Origin: Blastocladiella emersonii ATCC 22665
Taxonomy: Eukaryota > Fungi > Blastocladiomycota
Assembly: GCA_025594325.1 (NCBI GenBank)
Contig: JANHCV010000002.1
Span: 1,984,001-2,048,000 of the forward strand
Direction: 5' to 3'
DNA: 64,000 bases
The position numbers and the translations under genes are program-made. Below the pieces are notes generated by a model that was given only the letters and a program-made list of their open reading frames with translations, was not told the DNA's origin and ran no database searches. Positions 13,082 through 25,045 of this stretch are shown here, one piece after another (the first letter of the stretch is position 1; each line of letters begins with the position of its first letter).

Positions 13082-14050
13082 CGCCGGCGGACTGCCTCGC
13101 CGCAGGGTCGCACGCTCACCTCAAGCGAGCGTCTCCGCTCCCTCTGGTTTTGTTCTAGATCGCTGCTACTATTAGCCGTCATTATACACCCTTTCCTCCC
13201 TTCTGCGTCTACCTCCTTCGCCGTGTCCATCACCGTCTCTGTCATCTCCTCAGCCTTCCGTGCATCGTGCTCAACCTTCCTCTCGCACCCTGCACCTGTA
13301 CGCTTTAACTCAGATTAGGTTGCATGGAGTCGTCTTCATTCATTGCGTGTTTGTGGGTGAATTGGGTTCATGGGTGGTGGGGGGAAAACGACTGGTGCGG
13401 GTGCGAGATCATGATGGAGCTCGGGGGCTTGCCGCTGTCGAGGAGCATCAGCTGAGGTCGCGTGAATGGCGCATCACGTAAGGCAAGATTGCTCACTTGC
13501 TTGCCAGTGAGGCGAAGAGCGACGAGTATGAAACCTCAAGCGAGCTAACGGACGCTTTAGAAGCGGTGGGCGTGCTTGCCTTCATCCCCGCACCGCTCCC
13601 ATCAGGTCAAGTCAATCGACCCTTGCTCGTCCTTGCTTCAACTACCACAAGCTGCGGCGGCACTCATGAGCCCAACGCATCACTGTTGAGCTCGATCCAG
13701 ATCGCAGCGAGGTGCAAGTTTCGCGACTTGGTCCGCATTTCTCGCGGTACGAGTCTGACGCTCTTTCGATCGTCATGAATCGCTCGTAAAATACGCCAAG
13801 CCGCCGCGACAAGGGTCGCCTCGCCGCCTGCCAGCATGACGCACTCAAGACCGCGCAGTAGAAGGTTGTCCTCGCCGTTCTTGACTAGGTTCATCGCCAT
13901 CGGGTGCCACTAATGTGCCTCTAATGCGAAACTTCCCTGTCAAACTACATCAGATCACCGTCATGTACTGTTTCGGCGTTGGGCTTGCGCTCAGCAACTT
14001 GCCTTGATATATATGTTTCAACCCGTTCCGCAATCCGCTTGTGTTCACCG

Positions 14051-15526
14051 TCATAGCACGTCGGAGCGCGCGTCAGCAGCCATCAACTTGGTGAGCAGCA
14101 CGTCCCACCCATCAGCGGATCCATCGCAGCGGGCGAACACCAAGTGGAGCGGCTTGTGACCGCGAATCTGCTTGCGTACCACTTTTGAGAACTCGGGCGT
14201 CGCGCGCAGCGCTTCGAGGATCACGGCAACGAAAGCGTCCCCGCGCGAGTTGGCGCAGCAGAGGGCGAAGTAGGCGCCATTGCGCGACGCGTCGGCCGCC
14301 GTCGCGTCGTTGGAGATGGGGCAGCCGGGGACCGGCACATGCGGGTATTGAGGGAGAGTAAGCAGGGCGTCAAACTCGGTGACGAGCGCACGGACAAGGT
14401 CCAGCGAACCGTGGTTGAGAACGCAAGTAAGGTACGACTGCGACTCGGACCCGCCTCGAGTCTCCTCGTCAGTTCCAGTCTTGAGCATGTGCGCACACTG
14501 GTGTCCAGTGGCGACGCCACGCGCACGGAAGACCGGAACGAGCATACGCACAAGGTTGACACGGTTTAAGTCGACAGCAACATCAAGCGCGGTTGGGGCG
14601 GACTCAGGCTCTAGCTACCCGGGGAACTTGATACGCACAAGCGGGATCGAGGTCGCGAGAAGGCGCTGGATGACTAGCGGGTTGCCACGCTGAACGGCAA
14701 GTGTAAGCAGGTCGTCCCCGCCAAACCACGCGTCGCAGTACCGTGGGGAAGCTGGGCCGTATCCTTAAGCAACGCACACTCAGTAAGCAGGTACTCGAGG
14801 ACGTCAGGCGCATTGTGTTCCACGGCGAGAGCATACAGGACAGCAGCCGTGCGCCTGTAAGCAAAGACTTCATCGGGAAGGAGCCGCGCGCCGAGCTCGA
14901 CGAGGACGCGAAGCGCGACGCGGAGTGCAATGGCCGAGTGGACGAGAAAGCGCTTCAGCTCCGTCTTGGGATTGACGACCGGGTGGTTGGCAAGCACCAC
15001 AGCACGATCCGCGTGGCGCGTGGTGATGAGGACGCGCGTTGCCGCGCAGAGCAGCAACGTGCAGGGCTACTGTCGAGCGTGGGTCGATGGAAGGATCCCG
15101 CATGCGCGACGCGCGCGCCGGGCTCGCGCTCGCGGCCAAGAGAAGGCGCGCGGCCTCGAAGTGGTCGTTGCGCATGGCGTGGACAAGTGGCGCCACCGCG
15201 TTTGGTAGTCCGACGGGCCGCGTGTTGGTCTTGCAGCCCATGGCGAGCAGCGCGCGGAGCATGTCGAGATTGCCAGACGCTGCAAATCGGCTGAGCTTGT
15301 GGACACGCTCCTCTGTCGTGACGTAGATCTTGTCGCAGGGAAGCGCGTCGACGGCGGCGGGGATCACTTGAGATGCGCTGCGCAGAGCGGTACAGTCTTT
15401 GGCATCAAGGTACCGCAAGCAGAGCGGGCGCCAGACGAGCGTGACACGCGTGAGATCAGCAAGCGTGGCGGTCGTGGCCGGCCGTTACGCCAAGTGTAGA
15501 TCGGCTCGCTGTGCTGCCGCATTCAT
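14051..15526 (-). pseudogene. F-box-like/ankyrin family copy C, degenerate and 3'-truncated
   Basis: ATG 15526, then TAA at 15485. TLADLTRVTLVWRPLCLRYLDAKDC. Pieces lie in ORFs 14870..15418, 14674..15057 and 14051..14551, separated by frameshifts. Ends after ARSDVL, without the family intron or last exon. Confidence 0.8.
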
Positions 15527-15663
15527 TTGATTTATGTTGATCTGAAGTAAAGAGGGTTGAGGAGAGAGAAGGCGGACCGGCTGGGGCCCGTTTTCTCTGC
15601 CGAGCGCCAATCGTTGCCGCCGACCAACGGCCACCGGGTCGTTCAACACGAAATTCGTTTCAG

Positions 15664-15790
15664 GCTTGCAGGCGTTCACCCCGTTTTGCAGGCAGCTCCC
15701 CACAGCTTTGCAGGCACCCCCGCCGCTTTGCAGGCAGCCCCGCCGCTTTGCAGGCCGCCGCGCTCCTTTGAGAGCTTCCCCGCCGCTTCG
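15664..15790 (+). repeat. Imperfect 20-21-bp tandem array (core CGCCGCTTTGCAGGC)
   Basis: (T)TTGCAGGC recurs about five times at ~20-bp spacing. Confidence 0.7.
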
Positions 15791-17832
15791 CAGCCAAGGG
15801 CCGCCGGCTGCAGACCACCTCCCCACCACCCTGCCCCTCGAACCCCCGCTCCCCGATCCCTCCGCATCACACACAGCGCTCTAATGCGAATTTATCGTCA
15901 TGTAACCACTGCAACAACTTGAAGCTTTGACTGAGCGCGCTCCCGGGCGGCGGCGTCGAGCCAGGCGCCAACACTGGCCCTGCCCTGCGTCCTACCCGCG
16001 CGCGAGCAGTCCTTCGCGACCCGCTCAGCCGCGCAGCCCGGCGCGCAGCCCCGCGCGAGACCGCCGCCCTGGCCAACGCGGGCGCCCCGTGCGGCGTGCG
16101 GCACGGCCTTGAGCACGCTGTTCGCGGCGGCACCGCATGCAACGTCGCCATGGCCCTGGCGGGCGCCGCCAACCTCGCCCTGAACGGCGTTTGATCGCTC
16201 ACGATCGACGCTCACTGCCCCGAGCTGCTCGCGCTCAGCATGTGAGCCCGGCGGCTTGCACGATCTACGAGCGGCGCAGCGTTGGCCGAGACGGCGCGCA
16301 GTCGGGGCGCGGCTTTTCGCGACCCGCGCTCGCTCGCCGCGGCGACGGTGAGCAGCTGAGAGGAGCGCCGGGCGCACGGCTGGAACGTGACGGAGCGGAG
16401 GCGGCGCGTAGCGCAGGGCGAGGTCAGCTCGAGCGGACCGACACAGAGAGGAGCGGCCGGGCCGGGCTTGCAGCAGCAGTGCGGGCGCGCACTCGCGCCG
16501 ACGCAAAGTCCCGAAAAGCACAGGGAGCGGGCGTGCTCGAAGTGACAGGCGCGTCACGTTTTGTGGCCTCCGCCCTTCGGCGATCACCGCGGCCTGGCGG
16601 CGGGCAAGCCACCCAGCCGCCAAACAAAGGGCGAGCGCCGCCGCCCGCCCCCGCTCTCTCCCCCGCCCGCCGCCCCCTCCTCACCACAACCACACGCACC
16701 AACGACATGCTTGGCAACACCGACGCCGTCGCGCGGCCCACACTGCACCGGCGCGCGCCGTGAACCTCTGCCTGCCTCTGGTCCGCCGCCGCCGCCGCCT
16801 CGCTCGCCCCTCGCTCGCCCCTCGCTCGCCCCTTGCCCACCTCCCTCCACCATCATGTTTGCAACCTCCCAGCCACCGCAGTACCCTCGCTCCCTACGCC
16901 AAACCGTCGCTCCCCGAATCCTCACGGCCGCCGCCGCTCCCCTTCGCCGCGACACTCTCGCTCCGCGCTACCCGTTCCACTCGTCACGGCTCGATCTCCC
17001 TCGACTACGCTGTCTGCGCACCTACTTGGTGCTCCGCTGACGCTGGTTGATGTCGCCCTCGCCGTCGCCAACTCGCTCGTCGCCCCGTCCCGTCAACCGC
17101 CGTGCCGATCCTGACCCGTCTCGTCTCGTCTCGCTGTGTAGTGCCCGCACGAACCTCGCTCACCAAGCCCGGCCACCGTCATCGCGCCCACCCGCTGGCC
17201 TCCTTCGAATCGACTAGTCGGGCTCGCACGCGGCCGCCGTCCGGTCCTCCTCGCCGCCGCCACCCGCCGCCGAGTCCCGGCCCGACCACCGTGTCCCGGT
17301 CGATCTCTCTCGCGGCAACGGTCTGCACACCTCTCACCAGGTCTCCCACGCGGCTTGTCTCTGACTCGTCGCGCCCCGCCTGCACCGTGTAGTCGGCTTC
17401 CGCGTGAACTCGCTCGCGCGCGCAAGGTCAACCGCGACAAGTACATGCATCTTCAAGCAGGCGACGGCCATGGCCACGGTACGCGCCCCGCGGCTTTTGC
17501 TTACCCGCGACAAGTCACTCACTCGCCTATTCCTCGTAGCGCTGATGATGCTGTACCCAAGCGCGCATCTCCCAAGCGCTGCAACTGTATGCCCAAGCTG
17601 ACCTCCAAGAATTCCCATGGTCACGGCCGCGTGCACGCGCCGGCTCGCTGATCGATGGCGGCCAAGCACGGTGTACTTCGGCCCTCTCGAATCGGCCGCG
17701 ACATGACGCGGTCGTTGCCCTCCTACCATCTCCCGCCCTCGATGTGCCTGATGATCAATACATTTTGTTCCTCCCTATATCTTTCTCGTGGACCCTAAGC
17801 GAAGCTGGAGCGTGAGCTGGCGAACCTATATT

Positions 17833-18034
17833 GAATTTTTCCTGGGCGTTTTGAAGGCGATAACAGCGTTTATAACCTTTAAAAGCGTGCGCAGACTTCA
17901 AAGGCGGGGGAGTGCTTTTGAAGGCGGCGGGGTGCTTTTGAAGGCTGGTGGCTGCCTTCAACGGCTCGACATGGCTTTTGAAAGCACCGCTTGCCTGCGG
18001 TGCCTTAATCGCCTTCAAAACGACCAAAAAAAAT
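17833..18034. repeat. ~200-bp inverted-repeat island with reiterated TTTGAAGGC motifs (MITE-like or a transposon end)
   Basis: CGTTTTGAAGGCGAT (17847-17861) and its reverse complement (18008-18022), with imperfect extension outward. Internal TGCTTTTGAAGGC at 17913 and 17933. AT-rich relative to its flanks. No clear TSD. Confidence 0.55.
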
Positions 18035-18279
18035 CGTGATGTTCTCAACTCTTTGCTCGACTCCTCAAGCTGCCAGCCGGGACTCACGGCCGTTCCCGCT
18101 CAGTGACGCAGATCCGCGCAAGGAACTTGGAGCATATGCCATTGCTCAACGAGCACGACGCGTGACAAAGTCGGAAGGACGCGTGAGCCAGCGCGTGAGC
18201 TGATCGCATCACTGATCCGCTGGCGAGGCCCTGAGCGCGGCCTCGCACGTGCGCGCTTCTCTCTCTCACCTTCCCAGAC

Positions 18280-19880
18280 ACGATCAAGGGTAGATACATG
18301 AAGCTAGGATTACATTATGATGGTATGGTACACGCGAACATCAGAGAAGGAGGCGAGGGAGGGCGAGCTTACTGCGCGGCGCCAGCATCGTTGTTGGCAT
18401 CGCCCGCGTTGTTGTTGTTGCCGTTCGCGTTACCGTTGTTGTTCGCGTTATCGTTGCCGTTGTCGTTGTTCCCGTTGCCGTTGTTGCGCTCCATCATGAC
18501 AGGCACGCACCCGCCAAACGGCCCCGCCGCGGCGGGGTTGCGGCAGCGGACGATGCACGCGTTCCCGTCAGCGCCGCCCGTGCACTGGGCGTTCTGCGGG
18601 ATCATGACGGTGAGCGGCTGCGGCGTCTTGTTGGTGCGGCCGTTGAGCCCGCGGCGACCCGGCAAGTTCTGCGTGACCTGGATGCGCTGGAAGTCGCGGC
18701 CCGAGGCCGACTGCGACAGCTCGCACGTGTATGGCCCCGCGCCGTCGGCGTTGACCTGGTGCACAGTCAGCGTCAGGGGCTGGCCGGGCGCGATCATGGG
18801 GAGGCCGCCCATCTGCTGCTTGATGGCGGCCATGCCGCGCTGGATGTTGTTGTTGCCGCCGGCGATGGTGCGGCCGCACGGACCCGACCGGCCCGACCGG
18901 ATGTCGCGGTCACGGATGATGGACGAGTCGCGCTGGAACGGGTTGGCGCGGGTGCCCGTGCGCGGCGTGTTGTCGAGCACGCCGATCGCCTTGCCCTGGA
19001 TGTTGTTGAGGCCCTTGGCGCCGACGATGGCGCCGTGCGCGTGGACCGAGGTGATGGCGGGCGAGAGCGCGGCCAGCGCGACGATGAGCGAGACGAGGAG
19101 GGCGAGCGAGGACGAGGTCTGCATCTTGATTTGTCGTGGAGAGAGGGCGTGTGTATGTGCAGGGACGGCCGGCGTCTTGGTGATGGTTGATGGAACAAGG
19201 AGCGCTGCTCGCTTGAGGTCTTTGAGTGTAGAAGGAGGATGTTGAGGGTGATGAGCGGAACGAAGGGATGGGCAGGGACACGCTCCCGTCTTATACTCCT
19301 CGTCGGTCCTCCCCCGTCGCGACCATGGTCGTCAGCAACCGCTGCGCACGCCCGCGCCCCACGCAGTCGCCGTGGCGACGACCCAAGCGTAGCCGCATCG
19401 CGTCGCAACGACTAGCTGAAACTGAGGACAAGAGCCACGCGCGCGAAACAGTTTCATGGCGGCGGCGCGACGCAGTGGAACCGTCGTGGAAGGCCGCGCC
19501 GCACCGCGCCACTCATGGGCACAGGCAGTCGGGTGCGGGGGGAGTGCAAAAGCGGGCGGTCGGCGAGGTGGCGCAGCGCGCTGCGCGAGCTGAGCCACGC
19601 CGACCAGCCGGGGCGCAGCGTCGCGGATCCATGGCCGAGCGGGCGCAGCGGCCTTGCCAAGTGCTACGCCCAGCCGTGGCGAGCCGACTCGAGTCGAGAG
19701 AGAGCCACCCGTTGTCTTCGACGCGTGAGCGACGTGAAGCGGTGGGGGAGGCGGGGGCGATGCGCGCCGCGCGATGGTCGCGCTGCGATCATCGGCGATG
19801 CTCGAGCGACGTCATCCTCTGCTGAGTCGCGATGCGCATCACGGCATAGGTGGATGTGAACGTCGCGCGGGGCGACGTGA
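18280..19880 (-). repeat. Left arm of a ~1.6-kb inverted duplication (partner 31251-32844)
   Basis: Position i pairs with 51131-i, with no indels from ~19867 to 18369. The ORF track gives identical peptides in several overlapping frames. Mismatches and indels were seen only at the ragged edges and the 3' end. Confidence 0.95.
18369..19124 (-). CDS. Secreted Egh16-like (DUF3129, GAS1/gEgh16 family) protein, 251 aa, copy 1
   Basis: Signal peptide ending SVHA-HG. Motifs PFQRDSSII, CGRT..GGNN, HQVNADGAGPYTC, CTGG..GNACIVRCRN..AAGPFGGC. Asn-rich tail. Confidence 0.9.
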   Translation of the reverse strand: MQTSSSLALLVSLIVALAALSPAITSVHAHGAIVGAKGLNNIQGKAIGVLDNTPRTGTRANPFQRDSSIIRDRDIRSGRSGPCGRTIAGGNNNIQRGMAAIKQQMGGLPMIAPGQPLTLTVHQVNADGAGPYTCELSQSASGRDFQRIQVTQNLPGRRGLNGRTNKTPQPLTVMIPQNAQCTGGADGNACIVRCRNPAAAGPFGGCVPVMMERNNGNGNNDNGNDNANNNGNANGNNNNAGDANNDAGAAQ

Positions 19881-20145
19881 CGCGTCGGGTCACCGAGATA
19901 GGCGATGCCCGAGCAACGTCGCAAGCTTCTTCAAACCGGGCTGCATGTAGACGTGAAGGTCAGGATACTGGATGGACCATGCGCGCAAGGAGCGCGAGTC
20001 AGGACGGCGACCGAGATTGAGGTAATATCATGTATCAATCAAGAACGCGAGCCGGTTTGCGGGCGAGGGTAAACTCGACGGGCTCATAGTAGTAGACAAA
20101 GGAAGGGAGAAGAACGAGCGAAAGACGAATATGACGCGAGAGCGC

Positions 20146-21448
20146 TTAGCAGCACTTGCCCGCGGGCTTAGCCTCCTCGCCCGAGGTCGGGGTGATGTTG
20201 ATGGTGTCCTTGGTCGGGGCGATCCCGGACGAGTTCTCCTCGAGCTGGCGCTTGGAGACGATCTTGTAGATCTCGGTGAGGATCTTCTGGAAGGCGAGCT
20301 CGACGTTGGTGGAGTCGAGGGCCGACGTCTCGATGAAGGAGAGGCCGTTGTCGGCGGCAAACTGCTTGGCCTCGTCCGTGGGCACGGCGCGCAGGTGGCG
20401 GAGATCCGACTTGTTGCCGACGAGCATGATGACGATGTTGGAGTCGGCGTGGTCGCGCAGCTCCTTGAGCCACCGGTTCACGTTCTCGTACGTCTGGTGC
20501 TTGGCAATGTCGTAGACGAGCAGGGCGCCGACGGCACCGCGGTAGTAGGCCGACGTGATGGCGCGGTACCGCTCCTGGCCGGCGGTATCCCAGATCTGCG
20601 CCTTGATGGTCTTGCCGTCGACCTGGATCGAGCGGGTCGCAAACTCGACGCCGATGGTCGACTTGGACTCGAGGTTGAACTCGTTGCGGGTGAAGCGCGA
20701 AAGCAGGTTCGACTTACCGACGCCCGAGTCACCGATCAGCACAACTAGGGGGCGGGGTCGAGGGTGTGAGTGATGCGTCGCGAGGCGGCGCGGCGGCGGC
20801 GCGGGGCCAGAGGACGACAGTGGACGGTCAGAGGGGAGCACACGAGCACACGCTTGCGTCGCGTATGCGCGAGGGCATGTCGCGAACCCCGGTGGGCCCA
20901 CGCACACGCACACGCTGAGTCGAGGTGCCGATGCGGGGTCGCAGGGTGGCGCGGGCGCAGGGGCGCAGCATGGGAACCGGGCGCGCAAATGAAGGGGTGC
21001 CCGACTTGGCTCCACCTGCGCGCCGGGCCGCGTGGGCGACGGGGGACGCGTGTCGGTCGCGGCGCCGAGCAGCGGGTGTGGCGATCGAGTTCACGGCCCT
21101 CGAGACGGGCGGTGGCGTCACCCCATACGACCGAGGGCGAGGCCGGACGCCATGAGCGACGCGGGCGAGCGTGCGAGTGGTACGGGGTTGCATGGTTGTC
21201 GATACATGGTGTCGTCGTCGCCGGGGCGCGCATACGTGGTGGGTCGGCGTCGGGTGGCGCGGTTGCCGAGACCGTTGCGCCGTCGCGCCGGTGCTGCTGC
21301 GCACAACAACGCGTCTCTGAATCGTGGGTGTGCTCTGCTCCATCCATCTCGTGTCCTCCTGCCCGCCCACGCGCACGCGAGAGCAGGACGAGTGGCGCGG
21401 CGGCAGCGTACCCTTGAAGAGGAAGTCGTACTCGTCGTCCTTGGACAT
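20146..21448 (-). CDS. YPT31: Rab11/Ypt31-family small GTPase, 211 aa
   Basis: Exons 21448-21412 ([12 protein letters not shown]) and 20744-20146, with a 667-nt intron 20745-21411 (GTACGC..TAG). [27 protein letters not shown] motifs and a C-terminal CC. Confidence 0.95.
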
Positions 21449-21806
21449 GTTGGCGGGGGGTTGTGGGATGGGTTTGCGGGGAGTAGCGGCGGCTGTACAA
21501 GCTACGTGGATGCTGGGCAGCCGATGCAGCGGGAGAGATGAAGAGCGCGGCGGGCGGGCGCGGCAGGGGAGGCGAGAGGGATCGTGGCGTCGGGCGGGCA
21601 GCAGCCGGGCGGCGTCGGCGGCGGCGGCGTCACTCCTCCAGAGGCGACCGCGTGGCCCACGCGCGCGAGGGCCCGAAAGGGTGGCTTTCCGCCCTCGCGT
21701 GACCCCCACGTGCGCGTGTACCGCTGGTTTCATCGTGTCTCGCACCCGCGTCTCACGCTCGCTTTTAGACAAACACGGACAGATGATCTATGGAATGGAA
21801 TGCACA

Positions 21807-23561
21807 TCACCAGAACGCGCGGCTCGACATACTCACCCACTGCGCCGCGAGCGCGAGCCGGTCGCGCGGCGACCGCAGCGCGAGGAGCCGGAACTTGGCC
21901 ATGTCGTCGACGTCGAGCGTGCCAGCGATCCAGTACGCGAGCATCGCCGGGTCGTCGGGCGGGCCGTCGCCCGTGGCCCGCCGGACCGCGTCGCGGTGCT
22001 GCGGCGGGAGCGACTCGAGGAACGTGCGGTGCGCCGCCGCCAGCAGCGCTGTGAGATCCGCGACCGAGTCAAACGACGCCGTCGGCGGGAGGACTGCCGC
22101 CTCGGCGAACCGCCGCCGCATGCGCGCCGCGAGCTGCACGGCGGCCCCCGCGGGGACCGGGTCGGCCGCGGCCAAAAACTCTTCGTCGACCACGGTCTCG
22201 ACGTCCGCCGCCGCGTACCCGCCGTCTGCCACGTGTACCGTGTCGGGGACGATGCGGAAGGCAAACTCGCCGCGCGAGTCGATCAGGGCGCGGCCGTCGG
22301 GCAGGAACCGCACGTCGTCGACGCGCAGCATCGTGCCGAGCCCGACCATCCCACCGCGCGGGTGGTGCATGACGAGCCCAAACCGCCGCGACGCGCCGGG
22401 CGCCGTGACCCGACGCAGCATCAGGCGGTACCGCGGCTCGAACAGGTGGAACGGCGCGTGCTCGCCCGGCAGCGCCACGTTGCACACGAACAGCGGCACG
22501 TTGCGGTACACGGTTGGCGCGTCCAGGTCTGCGCCCTCCTCTTCCTCATTAACTGCAGCCGTCGCTGCCGTCGCGCCGCCCGCGTTCGCCGCGAGCTCAG
22601 CCTCAACGGCGGCCTTGCGCACCGCGAACTGCTCGGGGAACCCGCGCTTAAACACGCGCGCGAGCGCCGTGTTCGCCGGGTGCTGGTGGTACGCGAGGTA
22701 CGACCCGGGCAGCGGCGACCGGCACACGAAGCACCGGAACTCGCCGCGCTGCTCGGCCGCGTGGTCCAGCGTGCGCAGCAGGCACGAACGGCACCCCGTG
22801 TGCCCGCACGACGCGATCGTCACCGGGTCGTAGTACGGCTGGTAGCACAGCGGGCAGTCGAAGTGCGACTCGAAGTCGGACCACGCCGCGAGGGGGGTTT
22901 CGGTGGTGTCGGCGGGGGTAGGTGGGGAGGGGGCGTCGCGCGCATCGCTCGGCGCGGTCGTCGAGGCGGAAGATGGTGGACGGTCGCGGCGCGGCGAGCG
23001 GGACCGGGAGCGCGCGGTCGATGGCGAGTGCGACCGGCGCGTCGATGTCGGTGAGCGGGACCGCGAGCGCGTGCGGGATGTGCGCGATGGGGATGATGTG
23101 CGCGAGGACAGCGGCGGGACGTCGTCGGCCGTGGTTGCCGCCGAGTCGCAGCGCTCCTTCTCCTCGCGCGCAGCGGTCGAGACGGGCTCTGCTTCGCGCT
23201 CTTCCTCCTCCTCAACCGCCTGTGTCGCCGGCGAGGGACCAGCGAGCGCGGCGAGCTTGCCAACGATCTCGGTGAGCGTCACGTCGTTGCCGAGTCGGCT
23301 CGCGGGGCCAATGTGGCTGTGCGGCGAGGCGCCCGTGACGGGGCACACGAACGTCGGGCGAGAGCTGTCTGCGGGCGATGTCGGCGAGGTCGGCAGGTCT
23401 GCGAGACACGCGCGGTGCACCGACGCGCCGCACGGCAGCGTCACGAGCGTGCCGGCGAGCGGCTCGCTGCACGCGCCGCAGACGAGCGTAGCGAGGAGGG
23501 CGCGCGGCGACAGCGGGGCGGGGATGGTGTCGTTGTTCTTCTTGGATTCAGCTTTGTTCAT
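21807..23561 (-). CDS. LON peptidase N-terminal domain and RING finger protein (LONRF-like E3 ligase), 584 aa
   Basis: Two RING-like motifs (CGACSEP..PCGASVHRAC; CPLCYQP..SCGHTGCRSC..CFVC), followed by VPLFVCNVALPGEHAPFHLFEPRYRLMLRR, typical of the LON substrate-binding domain. Confidence 0.9.
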   Translation of the reverse strand: MNKAESKKNNDTIPAPLSPRALLATLVCGACSEPLAGTLVTLPCGASVHRACLADLPTSPTSPADSSRPTFVCPVTGASPHSHIGPASRLGNDVTLTEIVGKLAALAGPSPATQAVEEEEEREAEPVSTAAREEKERCDSAATTADDVPPLSSRTSSPSRTSRTRSRSRSPTSTRRSHSPSTARSRSRSPRRDRPPSSASTTAPSDARDAPSPPTPADTTETPLAAWSDFESHFDCPLCYQPYYDPVTIASCGHTGCRSCLLRTLDHAAEQRGEFRCFVCRSPLPGSYLAYHQHPANTALARVFKRGFPEQFAVRKAAVEAELAANAGGATAATAAVNEEEEGADLDAPTVYRNVPLFVCNVALPGEHAPFHLFEPRYRLMLRRVTAPGASRRFGLVMHHPRGGMVGLGTMLRVDDVRFLPDGRALIDSRGEFAFRIVPDTVHVADGGYAAADVETVVDEEFLAAADPVPAGAAVQLAARMRRRFAEAAVLPPTASFDSVADLTALLAAAHRTFLESLPPQHRDAVRRATGDGPPDDPAMLAYWIAGTLDVDDMAKFRLLALRSPRDRLALAAQWVSMSSRAFW

Positions 23562-24037
23562 GGTCGGTCAGATGCAAGTTGAGGAGGGATCGTTCTCCAA
23601 GGCGGGCGCGGCCCGTACTTGTACCCTCGGCGGGCCAGGCTCCCGACGGCCCCATCGTCCATGCGATTCCGCGCGCGTCGCCGCACATCCGCGCGGGGAT
23701 GACCACGAGGGCGGCGGAGCTGATTAAGCGGCGCGCCGATCGCCGCGAACAGCGCAACCGCATCGGCGCTCCTTTTTGCGGAAGAGGCGCCGCCACGCGC
23801 GCTGCGCCATCACGGTCGCGTGCGTGGCGCTCCGCGTGGCGTCCGATATCGCGCGACCCGGGATCCCCCGACGCGCCGAGCCGGGACCCGCCGGTGTCTC
23901 CCGGTCGGTCCCTTGCGCGCCGACTGTCTCCTCTCCCCACGTTGCCGATCCCGCCTCGGGTATAAGAGCAGTCGGTCGCCGCGCTCCAGCCCTCCCTCGT
24001 CCCCGCACATCACCATCGAAGCAACGTATCAACCATC

Positions 24038-24982
24038 ATGGCCTGCAAGACGCTCCTCGCCACCGGCATCGCGGCCAAGTTCAGCGACGAGGTCCGCGCG
24101 TCCGCCACGGGCCTGACGCCGACGCCGGTGCTTGTCGGGTTCCTCGCCAACACGGACCCGGCCGCGGCCACGTACGCCGAGTGGACGGCCAAGGCGTGCG
24201 CGGACGTCGGGATCGCCTTCGAGCTGCGCACGGTGGAGCGGACGGACCTCGAGGACGCGATCATGGCGGCGAACCGCGACCCCGCGGTCCACGGCATCAT
24301 GGTCTACTACCCGGTGTTCGGGCCCGCGCAGGACCAGTACCTGCAGAACATTGTCAGCCCCGCCAAGGACGTCGAGGGCCTCTGCCACACGTACCGGTAC
24401 AACATGTACCACAACGTGCGGTTCCTCGACGCGCCCGCGGACCGCAAGAAGTGCATCATCCCGTGCACGCCGCTCGCCGTCGTCAAGGTCCTCGAGCACC
24501 TGCACATCTACAACCCGATGCTGCCCTACGGCGGCCGCCTCTACGGCAAGACCATCGCCGTCGTCAACCGGTCCGAGGTCGTCGGCCGCCCGCTCGCGGC
24601 CCTGCTCGCCAACGACGGCGCCCGCGTGCTGTCGGTCGATATCGGGGACGTGCTCGAGTTCCACCGCGGCGACGGCCTCGAGCACAAGCAGCACATTGTC
24701 AAGGAGACCAAGCTGACGGCCGACGAGGCCCTCGCGCTCGCCGACGTGGTCATCACGGGCGTCCCGTCGCCCAAGTACAAGGTCAACGTCGACCTGCTCA
24801 AGCCGGGCGTCGTCGCCATCAACTTCTCCTCCGCCAAGAACTTTGACGCCCCCGCCATCAAGGCCCGCGCCTCGCTCTACGTGCCGTCCGTCGGCAAGGT
24901 CACGGTCGCCATGCTGCAGCGCAACCTCCTGCGCCTCTACCAGTACCAGCTCGACGACGCCAAGGCCGCCGCCTCTTCCTAA
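24038..24982 (+). CDS. MTD1: NAD-dependent methylenetetrahydrofolate dehydrogenase, 314 aa
   Basis: KDVEGL, IIPCTPLAVVKVLE, GKTIAVVNRSEVVGRPLAALLANDGARVLSVD. Monofunctional fungal type. TATA-like GTATAAG near 23960. Confidence 0.93.
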   Translation: MACKTLLATGIAAKFSDEVRASATGLTPTPVLVGFLANTDPAAATYAEWTAKACADVGIAFELRTVERTDLEDAIMAANRDPAVHGIMVYYPVFGPAQDQYLQNIVSPAKDVEGLCHTYRYNMYHNVRFLDAPADRKKCIIPCTPLAVVKVLEHLHIYNPMLPYGGRLYGKTIAVVNRSEVVGRPLAALLANDGARVLSVDIGDVLEFHRGDGLEHKQHIVKETKLTADEALALADVVITGVPSPKYKVNVDLLKPGVVAINFSSAKNFDAPAIKARASLYVPSVGKVTVAMLQRNLLRLYQYQLDDAKAAASS

Positions 24983-25045
24983 TCCATCATCATCCCTATA
25001 ACTTAGTTGCATCATCTGATATATATCACCTCGCTTTACCCTACC

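Noticed and set aside
13100-14050. Short ORFs between family II copy 1 and copy C
   Set aside because: No recognisable motifs, splice pattern or termini; cannot be supported as a gene or element.
15664-17990. Short periodic repeats as a CRISPR-like array
   Set aside because: Units are ~20 bp, degenerate and abutting, without unique spacers. Eukaryotic context and no cas genes.
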